Of a stretch of DNA of 64,000 bases, positions 1 to 12,899 are shown piece by piece. Every line of letters starts with the position of its first letter. Within the stretch, counting starts at the first letter, position 1. A program made the position numbers and the translations under genes. Source of the DNA: Felis catus (lineage: Eukaryota); the NCBI RefSeq assembly GCF_018350175.1, contig NC_058368.1, positions 140,680,001-140,744,000 on the forward strand, in the 5' to 3' direction. The notes beneath the pieces were generated by a model. It saw only the letters and a program-made list of their open reading frames with translations, was not told the DNA's origin and searched no databases.

Positions 1-142
1 GCAAGCTGCCTTATGATGTGACCACAGAACAAGCTCTGACATACCCAGAAGTGAAAAATAAACTGGAGGCATCCATTGAGAACCTGAGAAGGGTCACGGA
101 CAAAGTCCTGAAATCTATCATTTCTTCCCGAGATCTACTACC
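1..142 (+). CDS. IQGAP2: IQGAP2 coding exon (12th from last; 5' edge at window boundary), RasGAP-related domain
   Basis: Translates from nt 3 as KLPYDVTTEQALTYPEVKNKLEASIENLRRVTDKVLKSIISSRDLL(P); donor CC|GTAAGT at 143; phase 2 joins the next exon. Confidence 0.95.
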
Positions 143-482
143 GTAAGTTGTACATGTAGCAACGTGAACATTCTTCACTGAAAGTTCTTGAAATGCTATG
201 TAAAAGAAATCATGGCAGTAAAGAGAGGAGTGTTCCCTGATACTGTTTGACTACTTTAAAAGATTGCTTGTGTTTGCATTTTAAATGCACAACTGTTCTC
301 TAAAGAGGGGACGCTCAGTTACTATCATCGGGGAAGGTCCTGTGATTCTGTTACCATCTCATTTTATGTTTAATTTTTTAAGACCACTGCTCAGCTTTAG
401 TTGACAGGAACAACTGCTATGCATTTCTTCTTCACTTAGCCTTTTTTCCATTATTTTCTTTTGTCATCTGTTTTACATGTAG

Positions 483-567
483 TTATGGACTGAGGTATAT
501 AGCCAAAGTACTGAAGAATTCGATCCATGAGAAATTTCCTGACGCCACAGAAGATGAACTATTAAAG
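483..567 (+). CDS. IQGAP2: IQGAP2 coding exon
   Basis: TAG acceptor 480-482; (P)YGLRYIAKVLKNSIHEKFPDATEDELLK; donor AAG|GTAGAT. Confidence 0.95.
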
Positions 568-1012
568 GTAGATTTTCAAGGGTCATCTCACCCTAGCCTC
601 CCCTGGGGGTGTCAGCCAAAATTACCAGCATACCATTTTGTGAGATTTTTTTTTTTTATCTCCTGTATACCTGTGTGTAAAAAGTTACAGGTCTTCTGTT
701 TTTAATGACTGTCAAGATTATTGATTATGCTGAGTTTACTTTGGAGATCTTACACATTATTGACATTCTGCATTTAGAGCACTTTGGGGCAGTATGGTCT
801 AATCAATTCTATTTCTCACCAAAAATAATTTTGTTAACTATACTAGTAATGGGTGATTCTGTTCACTCCCTTTACCTAACTCCTTTATAGGATTCAGATC
901 AGAAAATGATCTTTCTTGGGAAACGTCAGTAAATACTGACTTCAATTTAAAGGAATCTAAAGCTCTTGAGTTTTTTCTCTTAAAAATAGTCTTTTCCTCT
1001 GCATTACCCCAG

Positions 1013-1245
1013 ATTGTTGGAAACCTCCTGTACTATCGGTACATGAACCCAGCTATCGTAGCTCCTGACGGCTTTGATATCATCGACATGACAGCCGGAG
1101 GTCAGATAACTTCCGACCAAAGGAGAAATTTGGGATCGGTGGCCAAGGTTCTTCAGCATGCAGCCTCCAATAAGCTGTTTGAAGGAGAAAATGAGCATCT
1201 CTCATCTATGAACAATTATTTATCAGAGACCTATCATGAGTTCAG
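1013..1245 (+). CDS. IQGAP2: IQGAP2 coding exon with the IQGAP-type YYRYMNPA GRD motif
   Basis: CAG acceptor; IVGNLLYYRYMNPAIVAPDGFDIIDMTAGG...SETYHEF(R); donor AG|GTGAGA. Confidence 0.97.
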
Positions 1246-2089
1246 GTGAGAGGGCTCATGGCCTGTGGAGAAACTTGGAAGATGATGAACAAGAATAATG
1301 TGTGTTCTGTACACAGAACTGGAGTTGGGGGTGAGGGACGGGAGCCTCAGGTGGTGGCGTGCATTTTTTCTGGTTGGCCCTGTGGGGAAAGAGGAGGGGT
1401 ACTTATGTCTGGGGCTCCCCGTCCCACCCCTGTACCCAGTACCCCTGCCATACTGAGTCATCCCCAGATGTTTGATTTCTGCTGTGGACAAAACGAAATG
1501 TTTATTTTTCCTGGTATGCTGCAGGCTGATAGTACTTAGAATAAAAGTCAGAATGGCTGATGTCTTCTTCATTGAACTTAAGAAGATAGTTTTTGAGTTT
1601 TTTGTTTGTTTTAAAGAATGTGTCCAGTGAGAAAGAACCTGCTTATCTGCGTCAAACACTTTAGTAGGAAATGGAGTATTTGTTTTTCAAAAAGCTAGGA
1701 AAATCCAGCTTTTATATTCCTTGTGGATTGTATATGAATATGTCCTATTCTCAAACCTCTCTTAGCCGTGTAAGACTTAATGTCATTGACTTGATATGCA
1801 TTTCCAAATTACATCCCTAATCTTTCTGTGGGTACATTTTAGGAGTGAGTCTGGTGGGAAGATGTACTCACCCTGAGGTCTCCAAGGAAGCATGTGCAAC
1901 TTGGCATTTGTTTTTTCTCTTGTTGCCTTTCGATTGGTAGTAGGTCATAGAAATAGGACACAAATATGGACTCTTTGACTCCTCACTTGGAAAATTCATT
2001 TCCCCTTCCTCAGTTTCTTCTGGGTTAGTGATTTGTCTACTCACAGGTAGTTCATGATCATTGTTCTCTCTTTAGAATTGTGGCCTCTT

Positions 2090-2305
2090 GGGTGCCTGGG
2101 TGGCTCAGTTGGTTAAGCGTCCGACTTTGGTTCAGGTCATGATTTCACGGTTTGTGAGTTCAAGCCCCACGTCAGGCTCTGTACTGACAACTCGGAACCT
2201 GGAGTCTGCGTTGGAGTCTGTGTCTCCCTCTGTCTCTGCCCCTTCCCCGCTCATGTTCTTTCTCTCACAAAAATAAATAAACATTAAAAAAAAAAACAGA
2301 GAAAA
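2090..2305 (+). mobile_element. Can-SINE (feline type)
   Basis: tRNA-derived head, CT tract, A tail; TSD AGAATTGTG(G/A)CCTCTT at 2074-2089 and 2306-2321. Confidence 0.92.
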
Positions 2306-3507
2306 AGAATTGTGACCTCTTGTGAGAAAACTCCCTCCAAATCCTCTTACTACAGGAAGTTTTGATTTCTCAAGCTGCTAATTTTAGTTCTTCTCACGGA
2401 TGAATAAAGTACTATTTGTTGCATATCCTTATCTGCTATTACAGCTTCCCTTTACTTCCTTTCTTCTCAGATTATTGTTATCAAATATCTATGGTTCCAG
2501 CTCTTCAAAAAGAAAGCACACCAAAGTCCCCCCTTACTTCCTTAAAATTCATACTTTTTCCTCTAACACTTGTATTTATCCTATGTGTTGCTCAGCAACC
2601 TGTTAAAAGTGTCAATGTCAAAGCGTAGAAAGACCAGCTGTCACCTGGAAACATGTTCTTCCCCCCCCACCAATATGGCTGTTTGCCATTTAACCTCTTC
2701 AGCCTTGGGCTGAGAAGGTAGAGGTCTTTTCTGGTGTATAAGCCTTGGGTACCTTAGGAGATAAACCAAGGATAATTTCAGACGTACGAAAATTTACTAC
2801 ATTATAGACGAAAATACCTTCTCTACCTGTACAAAGGATCATCCCTAAACCATGATCAGAGCACCTGGCTTTCTTGATCTCTCTAAATTTGCTATTGTTG
2901 AAAGAGCAGACTTGTTAGACTCTGACTACTGAAGGAATGGGACCTTGTATGTATTTGTGTGTCTAGCCTTAACAGTCTTTCCCTTGGCCAGCAACCGTGT
3001 TTGGATCAACTGGGAGTAGAGTAGGCTTAACTCGAATTTCTGTCAGGTTGGCAACAGAAGCTCTGAAGGATTATTAGTCCCAGGAGTTTGTGCTATGTAA
3101 AGTAGCACATTTGATGAATTGCTTTTCAGATTATTTTCTCTAGAATGATTTGATTCTTAGATCAAAGATTATCATTCTCGACTTTTGTGTTTAAATTTCA
3201 GGGGCCCCACTTTCAAAATAACATTTTTTTAAATAACCTGCCCCATAATTGGCTTACCCTGAGTCACTAATAGAACCGGGACCCTCTTTCTCTCTGCGTT
3301 CCTGTCTGAAGAGCTGGGTCCAACATCCAGAAACATGGACTCAGCTTCCATAGCTAGGCGCCAGTCTGGAAGATACTATAAGAAATCCTCACGCAACCAC
3401 AGTTTGGGAGAACAAAGCCCTAATCCTAATTCATGAGTTCCTCAGTGTTGGTTTACCTCAGAAATTTGCACCCTGTCTTAAGAATTTGTTTTTTTTGTTG
3501 TTGTTAG

Positions 3508-3640
3508 GAAATATTTCAAAGAAGCCTGTAATGTCCCTGAGCCAGAAGAAACATTTAATATGGATAAATACACAGATGTGGTGACAGTCAGCAAACCCGT
3601 CATTTATATTTCAGTTGAAGAAATCATCAGCACACATTCA
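3508..3640 (+). CDS. IQGAP2: IQGAP2 coding exon
   Basis: TAG acceptor after a T-rich tract; (R)KYFKEACNVPEPEETFNMDKYTDVVTVSKPVIYISVEEIISTHS; donor TCA|GTAAGT. Confidence 0.95.
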
Positions 3641-4547
3641 GTAAGTGGGGTTGGAGAAGGGTCTTAGCAGTAAACCCACGGTTCCGACGCCATTATCTTG
3701 AAAATGCTTCGTTTTTACCAGACTTAACTGTAAGCATGTGCTAGTAATACTTATACTCTGAATACTAAGAAACCTTTGGTTATTTATTCCCTGACATTTG
3801 TACATGGATACAACTCCTTTTCCTAAACAAGTTACGTTTACTTTTTACATGGTATGTTTATTCCCTCTTGTACATAATAAAACTCCTTCACCCAAACAAG
3901 GAAAGTTTACTTCTTACTTAATCCATTGTAAATGTGAAGATTAAGCCGCCCTGAGCAGGGACAGGCCCTAATATTCCCCCACCCACTAGGGATACACTGC
4001 CTGGACCCCCCACACGATTTCTCTCTCCCTTTCAAGAATCTTCCCAGCTTTTCCAGTAAAATTCTGGGACAATGACAATATTGTCTCTAGTGGTGGACGT
4101 ATAGAGAGGTCAAATAAGCAGGCTGCTTGAGATTAGGCATGAGGAGACACCGCACCCAACATTAGCCACCTGCGAAGAATCATTTCTTTTGTTCTGGAAA
4201 ACCCCATTTCTCACAGGCAGTTTCATAGTCTCTGCTATGTCATAACGTCTCCATCCAGATGGCGTGCAAACATTATTGCAATCAGCCATAAAAGGAGCAT
4301 TAGGCATCTGTTGGGTCAGGGCCTTTAGCTCAGCATGGGAAGCCTTCGATGGCTTCTCAGTCATTTGAAATAAAAAGGCCAAGCATTGAGAGGTTTCTTT
4401 TGTTTTGTTTTGTTTTGTTTTGTTTTGTTTTTAGATCATTTGGTACATATTTCCTTTTACCCTAAAAGAGAATGTTTTTAAAATAGCTTTGGGACTTGCT
4501 ACTCCAAAGTCTTGAGAACTTGTTAGCAATGTACCCCAGACCTGCAT

Positions 4548-4905
4548 TCTTTTTTTTTTTTTAAAGATTTTGTTTTTGGGGCGCCTGGGTGGCGCAGTCG
4601 GTTGAGCGTCCGACTTCAGCCAGGTCACGATCTCGCGGTCCGTGAGTTCGAGCCCCGCGTCAGGCTCTGGGCTGATGGCTCAGAGCCTGGAGCCTGCTTC
4701 CGAATCTGTGTCTCCCTCTCTCTCTGCGCCTCCCCCATTCATGCTCTGTCTCTGTCCCAAAAATAAATAAACGTTGAAAAAAAAATTTAAAAAAAATAAA
4801 GATTTTGTTTTTAAGTAATCCCTACACCCAGTGTGGGACTTGAATCCACAACCCCAGGATCAAGATTCATGTGCTTTACCGACTGAGCCAGCCAAGTGCC
4901 CCCAG
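4548..4905. mobile_element. Young + strand SINE (4578-4796) nested in the tail of a short - strand Can-SINE
   Basis: Perfect TSD TAAAGATTTTGTTTTT at 4562-4577 and 4797-4812. Confidence 0.9.
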
Positions 4906-5356
4906 AACGGGCATTCTAACAAGAACCCAAGTTCTGCAGATACATACTGGAGATGAAGAAGCCTGGTTAAGGATATCCCCAGTGTGGACTATATACCACA
5001 CGTAGAAGGAAAGCATAACAGATACATAGCTCTGAAAGGTCCTAGGTACAGTCACAAGTGGCAAGGTGGGCTGCTTAAAATTTCAGGCTTTATTATTAAG
5101 CTCTTCCCAGAAACAAAATCCTGAGTACAGGCCTGGAAGAAAGACTGCATCTCCTTTCTATTTCCCTGTTTTACCGCTGGAACAGAGAATCTCCGTAAGT
5201 GTTTTGAGTGATCCTAAACTAAGGCAGGTCTGAATGCCCAGCTGAAGGAGTGAGTCGGCTGATTAAATGAGAGGCTATACTTCTTTGCTCTCTGTATAAA
5301 CCCTGGAAATCACAAAACGTGTGCAAGCAGCGCCACATTTGTAATGGCAGTTTTCT

Positions 5357-5574
5357 TTTTTTTTTTTTTTTTTTAAATTTTTTTTTCAACGTTTATTTAT
5401 TTTTAGGACAGAGCGAGACAGAGCATGAACGGGGGAGGGGCAGAGAGAGAGGGAGACACAGAATCGGAAGCAGGCTCCAGGCTCTGAGCCATCAGCCCAG
5501 AGCCCGACGCGGGGCCCGAACTCATGACCTGGCTGAAGTCGGACGCTCAACCGACTGCGCCACCCAGGCGCCCC
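5357..5574 (-). mobile_element. Young feline SINE with a small internal deletion
   Basis: CpG-rich; perfect TSD TAATGGCAGTTTTCT at 5342-5356 and 5576-5590. Confidence 0.92.
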
Positions 5575-6835
5575 ATAATGGCAGTTTTCTAACGATCAAG
5601 TGGTCTCATTCCTATTTGAGCAACGAGTCTGTTGTCTCTTTTTATGGTAGATAATCCATCTCCAAAAAATGTCTGCATGCTGGCTACGCGTTTGCTGAGG
5701 GCAGTATCCTCATGCCAATAAAGTGGTGGGGAGTTCTCTTTTAGAATGAGACATTCTTTCCCAGGCATAGCAGAGGAAAAAATGTTACTGTATTAATTTA
5801 CATTGTTACTCTTTAAGGAGACATGGTCTGTTCTTTTCTGTTAGCAAAAATTTAAAACAGAATCCAATCCTGGGAAATACAGTTTGTGACCAATCTGGAT
5901 TTTCCTCACAGTTAGATTGGAAGCAGATGTAATAACGTGGGAGGAAAGTAATTGCAGAGAAAAACTGTCTGTTGACTGTCTGTCTGAAATGAAGAGGTGT
6001 CCACAACCAGGCATAACAGCAGTTCACTTGGCCCAGCCTGTGGGCACATGCTTGCCCCTTGTCCTCTAAGGAACATGTAGAACCTCCAAACGCTCTTTAA
6101 AAAGACACTTTTGAGAAATGTGCATGTTCTGTAATTACCAGCCTAAAGGGTAGAAGCTAGCTGCCTAAATTTTCACTCTCCAGAGAAAGCAGCCACATCA
6201 GCTCTCCTATCCCCTCAGAGAACAAGGGCATAAATGTATCCATCTTACTTTGTTTTGTCTCTAACTTACTTTCCCCCCCCAAAATAGATATACTACCCTT
6301 CCAGATTTTACTGCGACTTTATATCACCTTTATTACTTGTGTAATGTCTTCGCTTGCCTTTGATCCTTGTGGGGATTATGTACCTGAGGAAACACATCTG
6401 GGCCTCAGGCCAAGGTACTATGTGGTCATTTCTGCCGTCCCTACCCTTGAAAGATCTTCAATGCCAGGCAGGTTAAAATAGCTAATAGTGGTGATTTTTT
6501 TTAATATCCATAGTGTTTGATTACTGCATAATTTTTCCGTGAAGAGATATGGAAATGCCTTTCCAGTTTGTTACCAGTGTTAGCCAAGGGACTTCTGCCT
6601 CATTTTAGGCTTTTTCCTCCCCAACTTTGACCTTTCCTCTAAAGGCGGACTGGAGCACAGGGGTCGAAGTAGAAGTAGAAGGCGGCTCCTTGGCACACCT
6701 CACGTGATCTTGCTAAAAGATGGTTTGTGAACACCTTTCACTGAGCTACAGTTTCTTCTTTATCTCCCTTTGAGATAAAATTAACAACTGTGTCACCTCC
6801 CTGAGGTCTCTGATTTGAATAAATGTCAGACTTGT

Positions 6836-7163
6836 GGGGCACCTGTGTGGCTCATTCGGTTAAGCATCCAACTTCAGCTCAGGGCATGATCTCATGGTTC
6901 GTGGGTTCGAGCCCTGAGTCTGAAGCCTGCTTCAGATTCTGTGTCTCCCTCTCACCCTGCCCCCCACTTGTGCTCTTATCCGCCTCTCAAAGATAAATAA
7001 ACATTAAAAAATTAAAAAAATAAATAAATGTCTGACTTGTAATTAAGATTCAAACGATAGGGGTCCCTGCTTGGCTCATTCAGTAGAGCACATGACTCTT
7101 GATCTCAAGGTCATGAGGTTATGCCCCATGTTGGGCATAAAGCTTACTTTGAAAAAGTAAAAA
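6836..7163 (+). mobile_element. Two tandem Can-SINEs (6836-7022 and short type ~7060-7163)
   Basis: SINE heads and tails; TSD AATAAATGTC(A/T)GACTTGT around the first. Confidence 0.88.
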
Positions 7164-7299
7164 TGAGATTAAAACAATATGAGAAGAAAATTATCTTGCA
7201 AAACTGGAAAGGGAACTTGATGTAAAAATGGTAGCACTTAAGAATTTACTTTTATTTTTGTGTGTGTGTGTATGTGTGTTTATTGCTTTATTGCTTTAG

Positions 7300-7402
7300 C
7301 TCCTGCTGGAACACCAGGATGCAATTGCTCCTGATAAACAGGACTTGCTGAATGAATTGTTGGAATTGCTGGGAGAGGTTCCTAGTGTGGAATCTTTTCT
7401 TG
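7300..7402 (+). CDS. IQGAP2: IQGAP2 coding exon
   Basis: TAG acceptor; LLLEHQDAIAPDKQDLLNELLELLGEVPSVESFL(G); donor G|GTAAGA. Confidence 0.95.
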
Positions 7403-7513
7403 GTAAGAGCTTCTTCCTTCTGCTTATCCTGTGGTTGACATTTAGTTGTTTAGTTTTCCTAGTCTAGATCAAAAAATTCTTAATATTCAACTTTATTTAA
7501 GAAGATAACTACA

Positions 7514-7763
7514 GGGGCGCCTGGGTGGCTCATTCAGTTAAGTGTCTAACTCTTGATTTCAGTTCAGGTCGTGATCTCACAGTTTGTGAGATCGAGCCCT
7601 GCCTCAGGCTCTGTGCTGTTAGAGCACAGAGCCTGCCTGGGATTCTCTCTCTCTTCTGTCTGCCTCTCTCCAACCCCTGCCCTCACCATGCTCGCTTGCT
7701 CGCTCGCTCGCTCTCTCTATCAAAATTAATTTTTAAAAAAAAGAAACTTCAAAAAAAATAAAA
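7514..7763 (+). mobile_element. Can-SINE in a short IQGAP2 intron
   Basis: ggggcgcctgggtggctca head, CT tract, A tail. Confidence 0.9.
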
Positions 7764-7911
7764 GCCTCTCGCTGTATATTAGAAATTTTTTTTTTATGAA
7801 GACCATTATCTCCTGTGCAACTGAGCTTTTCCTGTAAACCTTTATCTTGGGTTGCTGACGCCATCATCACAGTGAGCAAATGGTAAGAGTAACAATGTTT
7901 TCTTTCTACAG

Positions 7912-8053
7912 GGGAAGGAGCAGTTGACCCCAATGACCCCAACAAGGCAAATACACTAAGCCAACTCTCAAAGATTGAGATCTCCCTTTATTTGACAAGC
8001 AAGTACAACATAGGGGACGGTGAAGCTGTTGATGGCCAGAGCCTCATGATAAA
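7912..8053 (+). CDS. IQGAP2: IQGAP2 coding exon
   Basis: CAG acceptor; (G)EGAVDPNDPNKANTLSQLSKIEISLYLTSKYNIGDGEAVDGQSLMI(K); donor AA|GTAAGT. Confidence 0.95.
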
Positions 8054-8748
8054 GTAAGTTTGGGGCTCAGCGGGCACATGTCTCCGATTATGCGTCTTCA
8101 ACTATGCAAGTTGAAATAGACTGAATCCCCAAATCATTTTAGTATATCTAAATATTAAAATACATTACTCATCAAACATCTAACCAAAGGATAATAGAGT
8201 ATCATTTAAAAGGGAACAAAATACAATTTGTAATTTAGTTTATAATAGTTTATAAAGGCTATTTTTTGTTTGTTTGTTTGCCATGGAGCAGTTTTATTCC
8301 TTTCTTTTAAGAAACAAAGTGATTGATTCTGCCTGTAAAAATCCTTAGGTAACTGAAGGGAAATAAGTGTTTCAGAGTGGTGAAAAGATTGGCAAGGAAG
8401 TGCCTTAAACCAAATTTAATGTCTGGCATAAAATATCTACAGAAAAGGCACACACGTGGTAAGATATCCCACTGTCATTTGATTTATTAACTTGGTCTCC
8501 TATTAAACTAAGCCTGGATATGTTTACCAGCTTTGACTTACACCCTACTTCCTGCCCAAAGATTTCAAATGAAGCATCCACACTTTTAATTTCTACCGCA
8601 TTGGTTCCATCAAGGCTTCTTAGATATCCCACACCAGTCCTTTACATAAAGAATGAGAAAGAATGAGGTACATCACCGTAAATCAAAACGCCATAAACCA
8701 AAATGCTTGCTTAGCAACCAATATGGCTTTTAAGAACTTATGTAAACA

Positions 8749-8966
8749 GGGGCGCCTGGGTGGCTCAGTCGGTTAAGCGTCCAACTTCAGCTCAGGTCAC
8801 GATCTCATGGTCCGTGAGTTCGAGCCCCGCGTCAGGCTCTGGGCTGACGGCTCAGAGCCTGGAGCCTGCTTCCGATTCTGTGTCTCCCTCTCTCTCTGCC
8901 CCTCCCCCGTTCATGCTCTGTCTCTCTCTGTCTCAAATAAATAAACGTTAAAAAAATTTAAAAAAA
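8749..8966 (+). mobile_element. Young feline SINE
   Basis: Perfect 17-bp TSD AAGAACTTATGTAAACA at 8732-8748 and 8967-8983. Confidence 0.94.
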
Positions 8967-9229
8967 AAGAACTTATGTAAACAAGGATGCATATTCTGTG
9001 AGTGATGTGTTGGAGTGAGGTGGAGAATGGACGTAGAAATGGTGACCAAAATGGAATACTTATGTATTTAAATAATACTTGACACATTACTTCCAAGTTA
9101 CAGGTCCAGAGTTCTGACATGGTTTTCATTTGTAACAAGAGCTTTCTGTTCTGCCGCTGACATGATTCGAACAGCGCTCATTTCCAGTTAATTTTTTCCC
9201 AGATATTCACACTCATCCATAAAAATGGT

Positions 9230-9248
9230 GGGGGGGGGGGGGGGGGGG
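9230..9248 (+). repeat. G19 homopolymer
   Basis: Directly visible. Confidence 0.9.
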
Positions 9249-11122
9249 ACTCTTTCATTGTCCTGTGCTGCAATGTGTGCTTCTTCTAATTAGGCTTGAT
9301 TATTTTGTCCTCAGATCATCTAAGGCTTCATGCATTCATGTAGCAGATCTTTTGAGGACCCGTTCTGTATCCTTGGCCCTGGCTTCACGCTGGGGAGACA
9401 GCAGTAAGAAGCCATTAGCAGTCCCTGCTTCCCAGGGGTCTAAAGTCTGATGGTGGGGAGTACAGCTCAATTGCAGGACAGAAGCCAAGCTGCAGAACTC
9501 TTACACACTCTTGGCCTCTTAAGAGTTGAAGGTACTTCCTTAGACTGATTACCAACTCATATTGAATTTGCAAAGAGACAACACAGGGCAGGGCAACAGA
9601 GACGGGGGAAGCTATGCAGTCTGTTCCCTGGGTTCCTCTGAGAAATTGCCAATTATAAAGGTAACTGGAAATGCAGAAACTCTGTGGTTCTGCCATGCAA
9701 ATTAAATTAGGGCAAGTATCCTATGATCTCATATGCTTTGTCCTTAGAAGTAATGGGAAGAAATGTTTTCATAATTGGTTTTGTCTGTTAGTTGAACATC
9801 ATTTTCTAAATGCATTCAACTCACTTGTATGCATTAATGAATGGAAATCACAAAGTGTGTAGTCTAAAATACCACATATTCTCAGTATCATATATTTATA
9901 TATATTTATACTTGTTTCTGAATGAGCATTGATGGGTCTGAGAATTTTTGGAATTGATTTTAAAAGCAAAACCATAAAAGTCAAGTATGTTGGGCAATCA
10001 TATATCTTAGCTAGGGAAACCTGGTCCATTGTCCTACTTACATCAGCCCTTGGATGGCCCTGTCCCAGCTCCCCAGCATGTGCTGGAAGCAAATGCTGTC
10101 TGCTCCTTTAAGCACCATACTACGTAGAACCAGTGGTTTTTTTTTCTTATTGTTGTAAAATACACATAACATAAAATTTACCATTTTAACCTTTTAAAGT
10201 ATACAAATGAGTGGCATTTTGTACATTCAGAATGTCACACAACCATCACAACTTTCTAGTTCCAGAACTTCTGTTAATCAGTTATTACCCCACTACCCTC
10301 AGGGCTCTGTAGGCCCTGCCCCAGCGTCCCTAGTGCTTTCTGTCTCTATGAACTTGTCTTTTCTAGACATTTCATATAATTGGAATCATACACTATGTGA
10401 TCTCTTGCATCTGTCTTCTTTGACTCCACATAATGTTTTTGGCCGAATAATATTCCCTTGTATGGATACAGCACATTGATCATGGACATTTGGGTTGTAC
10501 CTTTTGACTATTGTGAGTAGTATTGCTGTGACCATTTGTGTACAAGTATTTATTTGAACACCTGTTTTCACTTCTTTTGGATATAAACCTAGGAGTGGAA
10601 TTGCTGGGTCATAAGGTAATTCTAAGTTTAGCTTTTTGAGGAACTGCCAAACTTCTTTTCATAGTGGCTTTACCGTCTTGTATTTCCACCACCAAGGTAT
10701 AAGAGTTCGAACTTTTCCACATCTTCACAGACACTTATTTTCTGTTTTATGTTGTTACAGCCATTCTAGTGCATATGAAGTAGTATCTCGTTGTGATTTT
10801 GATTTGCATTCCCCTGATGATAAATAATGTTGAGTTGTCCTTGTCAGCCATTTGTATACCTTCTTTGTAGAAATGTCTGTGCAAGTCTTGGGCCTGTTTT
10901 TTGGTTTGTCTTTTTTGTTGCAGAGTTCTAAGAGCTCCTTCTATATTCTGGAGAGTAGACACCTGCCAGATTTATGACTCGCACATATTTTTTACTCCTG
11001 TGGGTTGCCTTTTTATGCTCTTGGTAATGTCCTTTTATGCACAGAAGTTTTTTAACTTGATGAAGGACAGTTTATTTTTTGTTGTTGCTTGTGCTTTTGG
11101 TGTCATGAAATGAGAAATCATT

Positions 11123-11533
11123 GGGGCACCTGGGTGGCTCAGTTGGTTGAGCATCTGTCTTGAGTCTTGGTTTCAGCTCATGTCATGATCCCAGAGTCAT
11201 ATCTCTCCCTCCCTCCCTACCTCCCCCACCCTTTCTCTCTCTCTCCCTCCTTCTCCTCGTCTTCCTTCCTCTCCTTCCTCCTCCTCCTCCTTCCTCTCCT
11301 CCTCCTTCCTCTCCTCCTCCTTCCTCTCCTCCTCCTTCCTCTCCTCCTCCTTCCTCTCCTCCTCCTTCCTCTCCTCCTCCTCCTTCCTCTCCTTCTCCTT
11401 CCTCCCCTCCTCCTCCTCCTCCTCCCCCCTCCTCCTCCTCCTCTTCCTCCCCCTCCTCCCCCTCCTCCTCCTCCCCCTCCCTTGCACCTCTTTCACCCAC
11501 TTGCACTCTGTCTGAAATTAAAAAAAAAAAAAA
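11123..11533 (+). mobile_element. Can-SINE with an expanded CT tract, inserted in old L1
   Basis: SINE head 11123-11200, pyrimidine tract to ~11482, A tail 11520-11533. Confidence 0.85.
11202..11482 (+). repeat. Polypyrimidine minisatellite with six perfect CCTCCTCCTTCCTCT units (11283-11372)
   Basis: Directly visible. Confidence 0.92.
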
Positions 11534-12899
11534 TCCTTGCCCAACCCTGAGTCCTGAACATTTACTCCTATGTTTTCTTCTAAGAGTTCTTTAGTTTCTT
11601 TTATGTTTAGGTGTATTACCCCTTTTGAGCTAATTTTTGTGTTTAGTGTAAGGCAGAAGCCCAATTTCATTTTTTTTTTTTGCAGGTGCATGTTCATTTG
11701 TCTTACCGCTATTAAAGACACTATTTTTCTCCCTTGAATGGACTTAGCTACCCTTGTCAAAAGCCAATTGACCATACACGTATGACTTTCTGGACTCTTA
11801 ATTCTATTCCATTGATCTGTGTCAGTCCTTATCCTAGTCCCACATTATATGGATCACTGTAACTTTGCAGTAAGTTTTGAAATGGCTAAGCATAAGTCTT
11901 CCAACTTGTTCTTTTTCAAGATACTTTTGGTTTCCTGGGGTTCCTTGCAATTCGTAGTGAATTGTATGATCGACTTTTTCATGTATACAAAAGGACTACT
12001 AGGCTAGTGTTTTAATAATTCTTGATAATTCTCTGCTTTCATGGACCTCTGGGGTCTAGATAGTCTTTCTCTGGGCATATTTTAAGATCCTGCCATAGGC
12101 AGAGCCCCTCACTAAGCAGCCCAGTGATCAGTGTGGACGACAACCTGAAGAGAAGATTGTCCAAGTAGCCTTCCTTGAAAGTGGGATTTGGATATTGCCC
12201 AGAAGATTGAACAGAATTAGTTTCATGATGTTAGGCAAACCTTACTTCCAAAGACATATATTTTAGGTATATATTTTAAAATCTTGTTAATAATAGACAA
12301 TTATAAAATGTGTCAATGATAGCAAGCTTGAAGACCAGTCAGCCCAAGTCTGTCTCTTTGTGGTGAGGAAATTTAAGTCTAAAATTATGGGAAGCAAGTA
12401 GCTAGTCCCTGACGTGCTTTAAACTCATGTGCCCTGTATCATGGATTCTCCATTAATACACACCTTAAATATTGATTTGAAAAGTTGTATGGGGATGTCT
12501 TTTCTCCAAGCTAACCAAATTCCTATCTCAAACATAATACATACTTCTTGAGGGTCTTCATTACAGAACCGAATTTAACTAACATCAGACAAGGCCTTCA
12601 GGAAGTTAGTTTGAAATGGACAATCATGGAATGAAGAGCATTTGGGATATGAAAGTATCTGGCTTTTCTCTATCAAAAAAAAAAAAAAACTTTCTTGCTT
12701 CCTTGTTAAACAGATTGTGTTTTTAACTTTCACCAACGTCCCCTTATGATTAATTACAAAATAACTAGCTTTACAGTGATGAATAACTCATCTTCATGGG
12801 AGCACCTGCAGTAGAAGAATTTGAGACATTGTTAATATCCTTATGCTTGTAAACTTTATAGCGTGCTAACTTTATAATTAATAGTTAGATGAAGATGAT

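Larger units (their letters stand above)
10140..12000 (-). mobile_element. Old degenerate L1 (L1M-type) 3' end and ORF2 fragment, interrupted by a SINE
   Basis: Typical antisense L1 text (tacctaggagtggaattgctgggtcat; gatttgcattccctgatga; ctacccttgtcaaaagccaattgacc); broken ORF2-like peptides. Confidence 0.85.

Noticed and set aside
1031..1054. YYRYMNPA in place of the RasGAP FLR motif as a novelty
   Set aside because: An established feature of the catalytically inactive IQGAP GAP-related domain.
11160..11594. Four overlapping Pro/Ser-, Leu-, Gly/Glu- and Glu/Arg/Lys-rich ORFs
   Set aside because: Translations of a CT minisatellite inside a SINE; stop codons cannot occur in pure pyrimidine or purine tracts.
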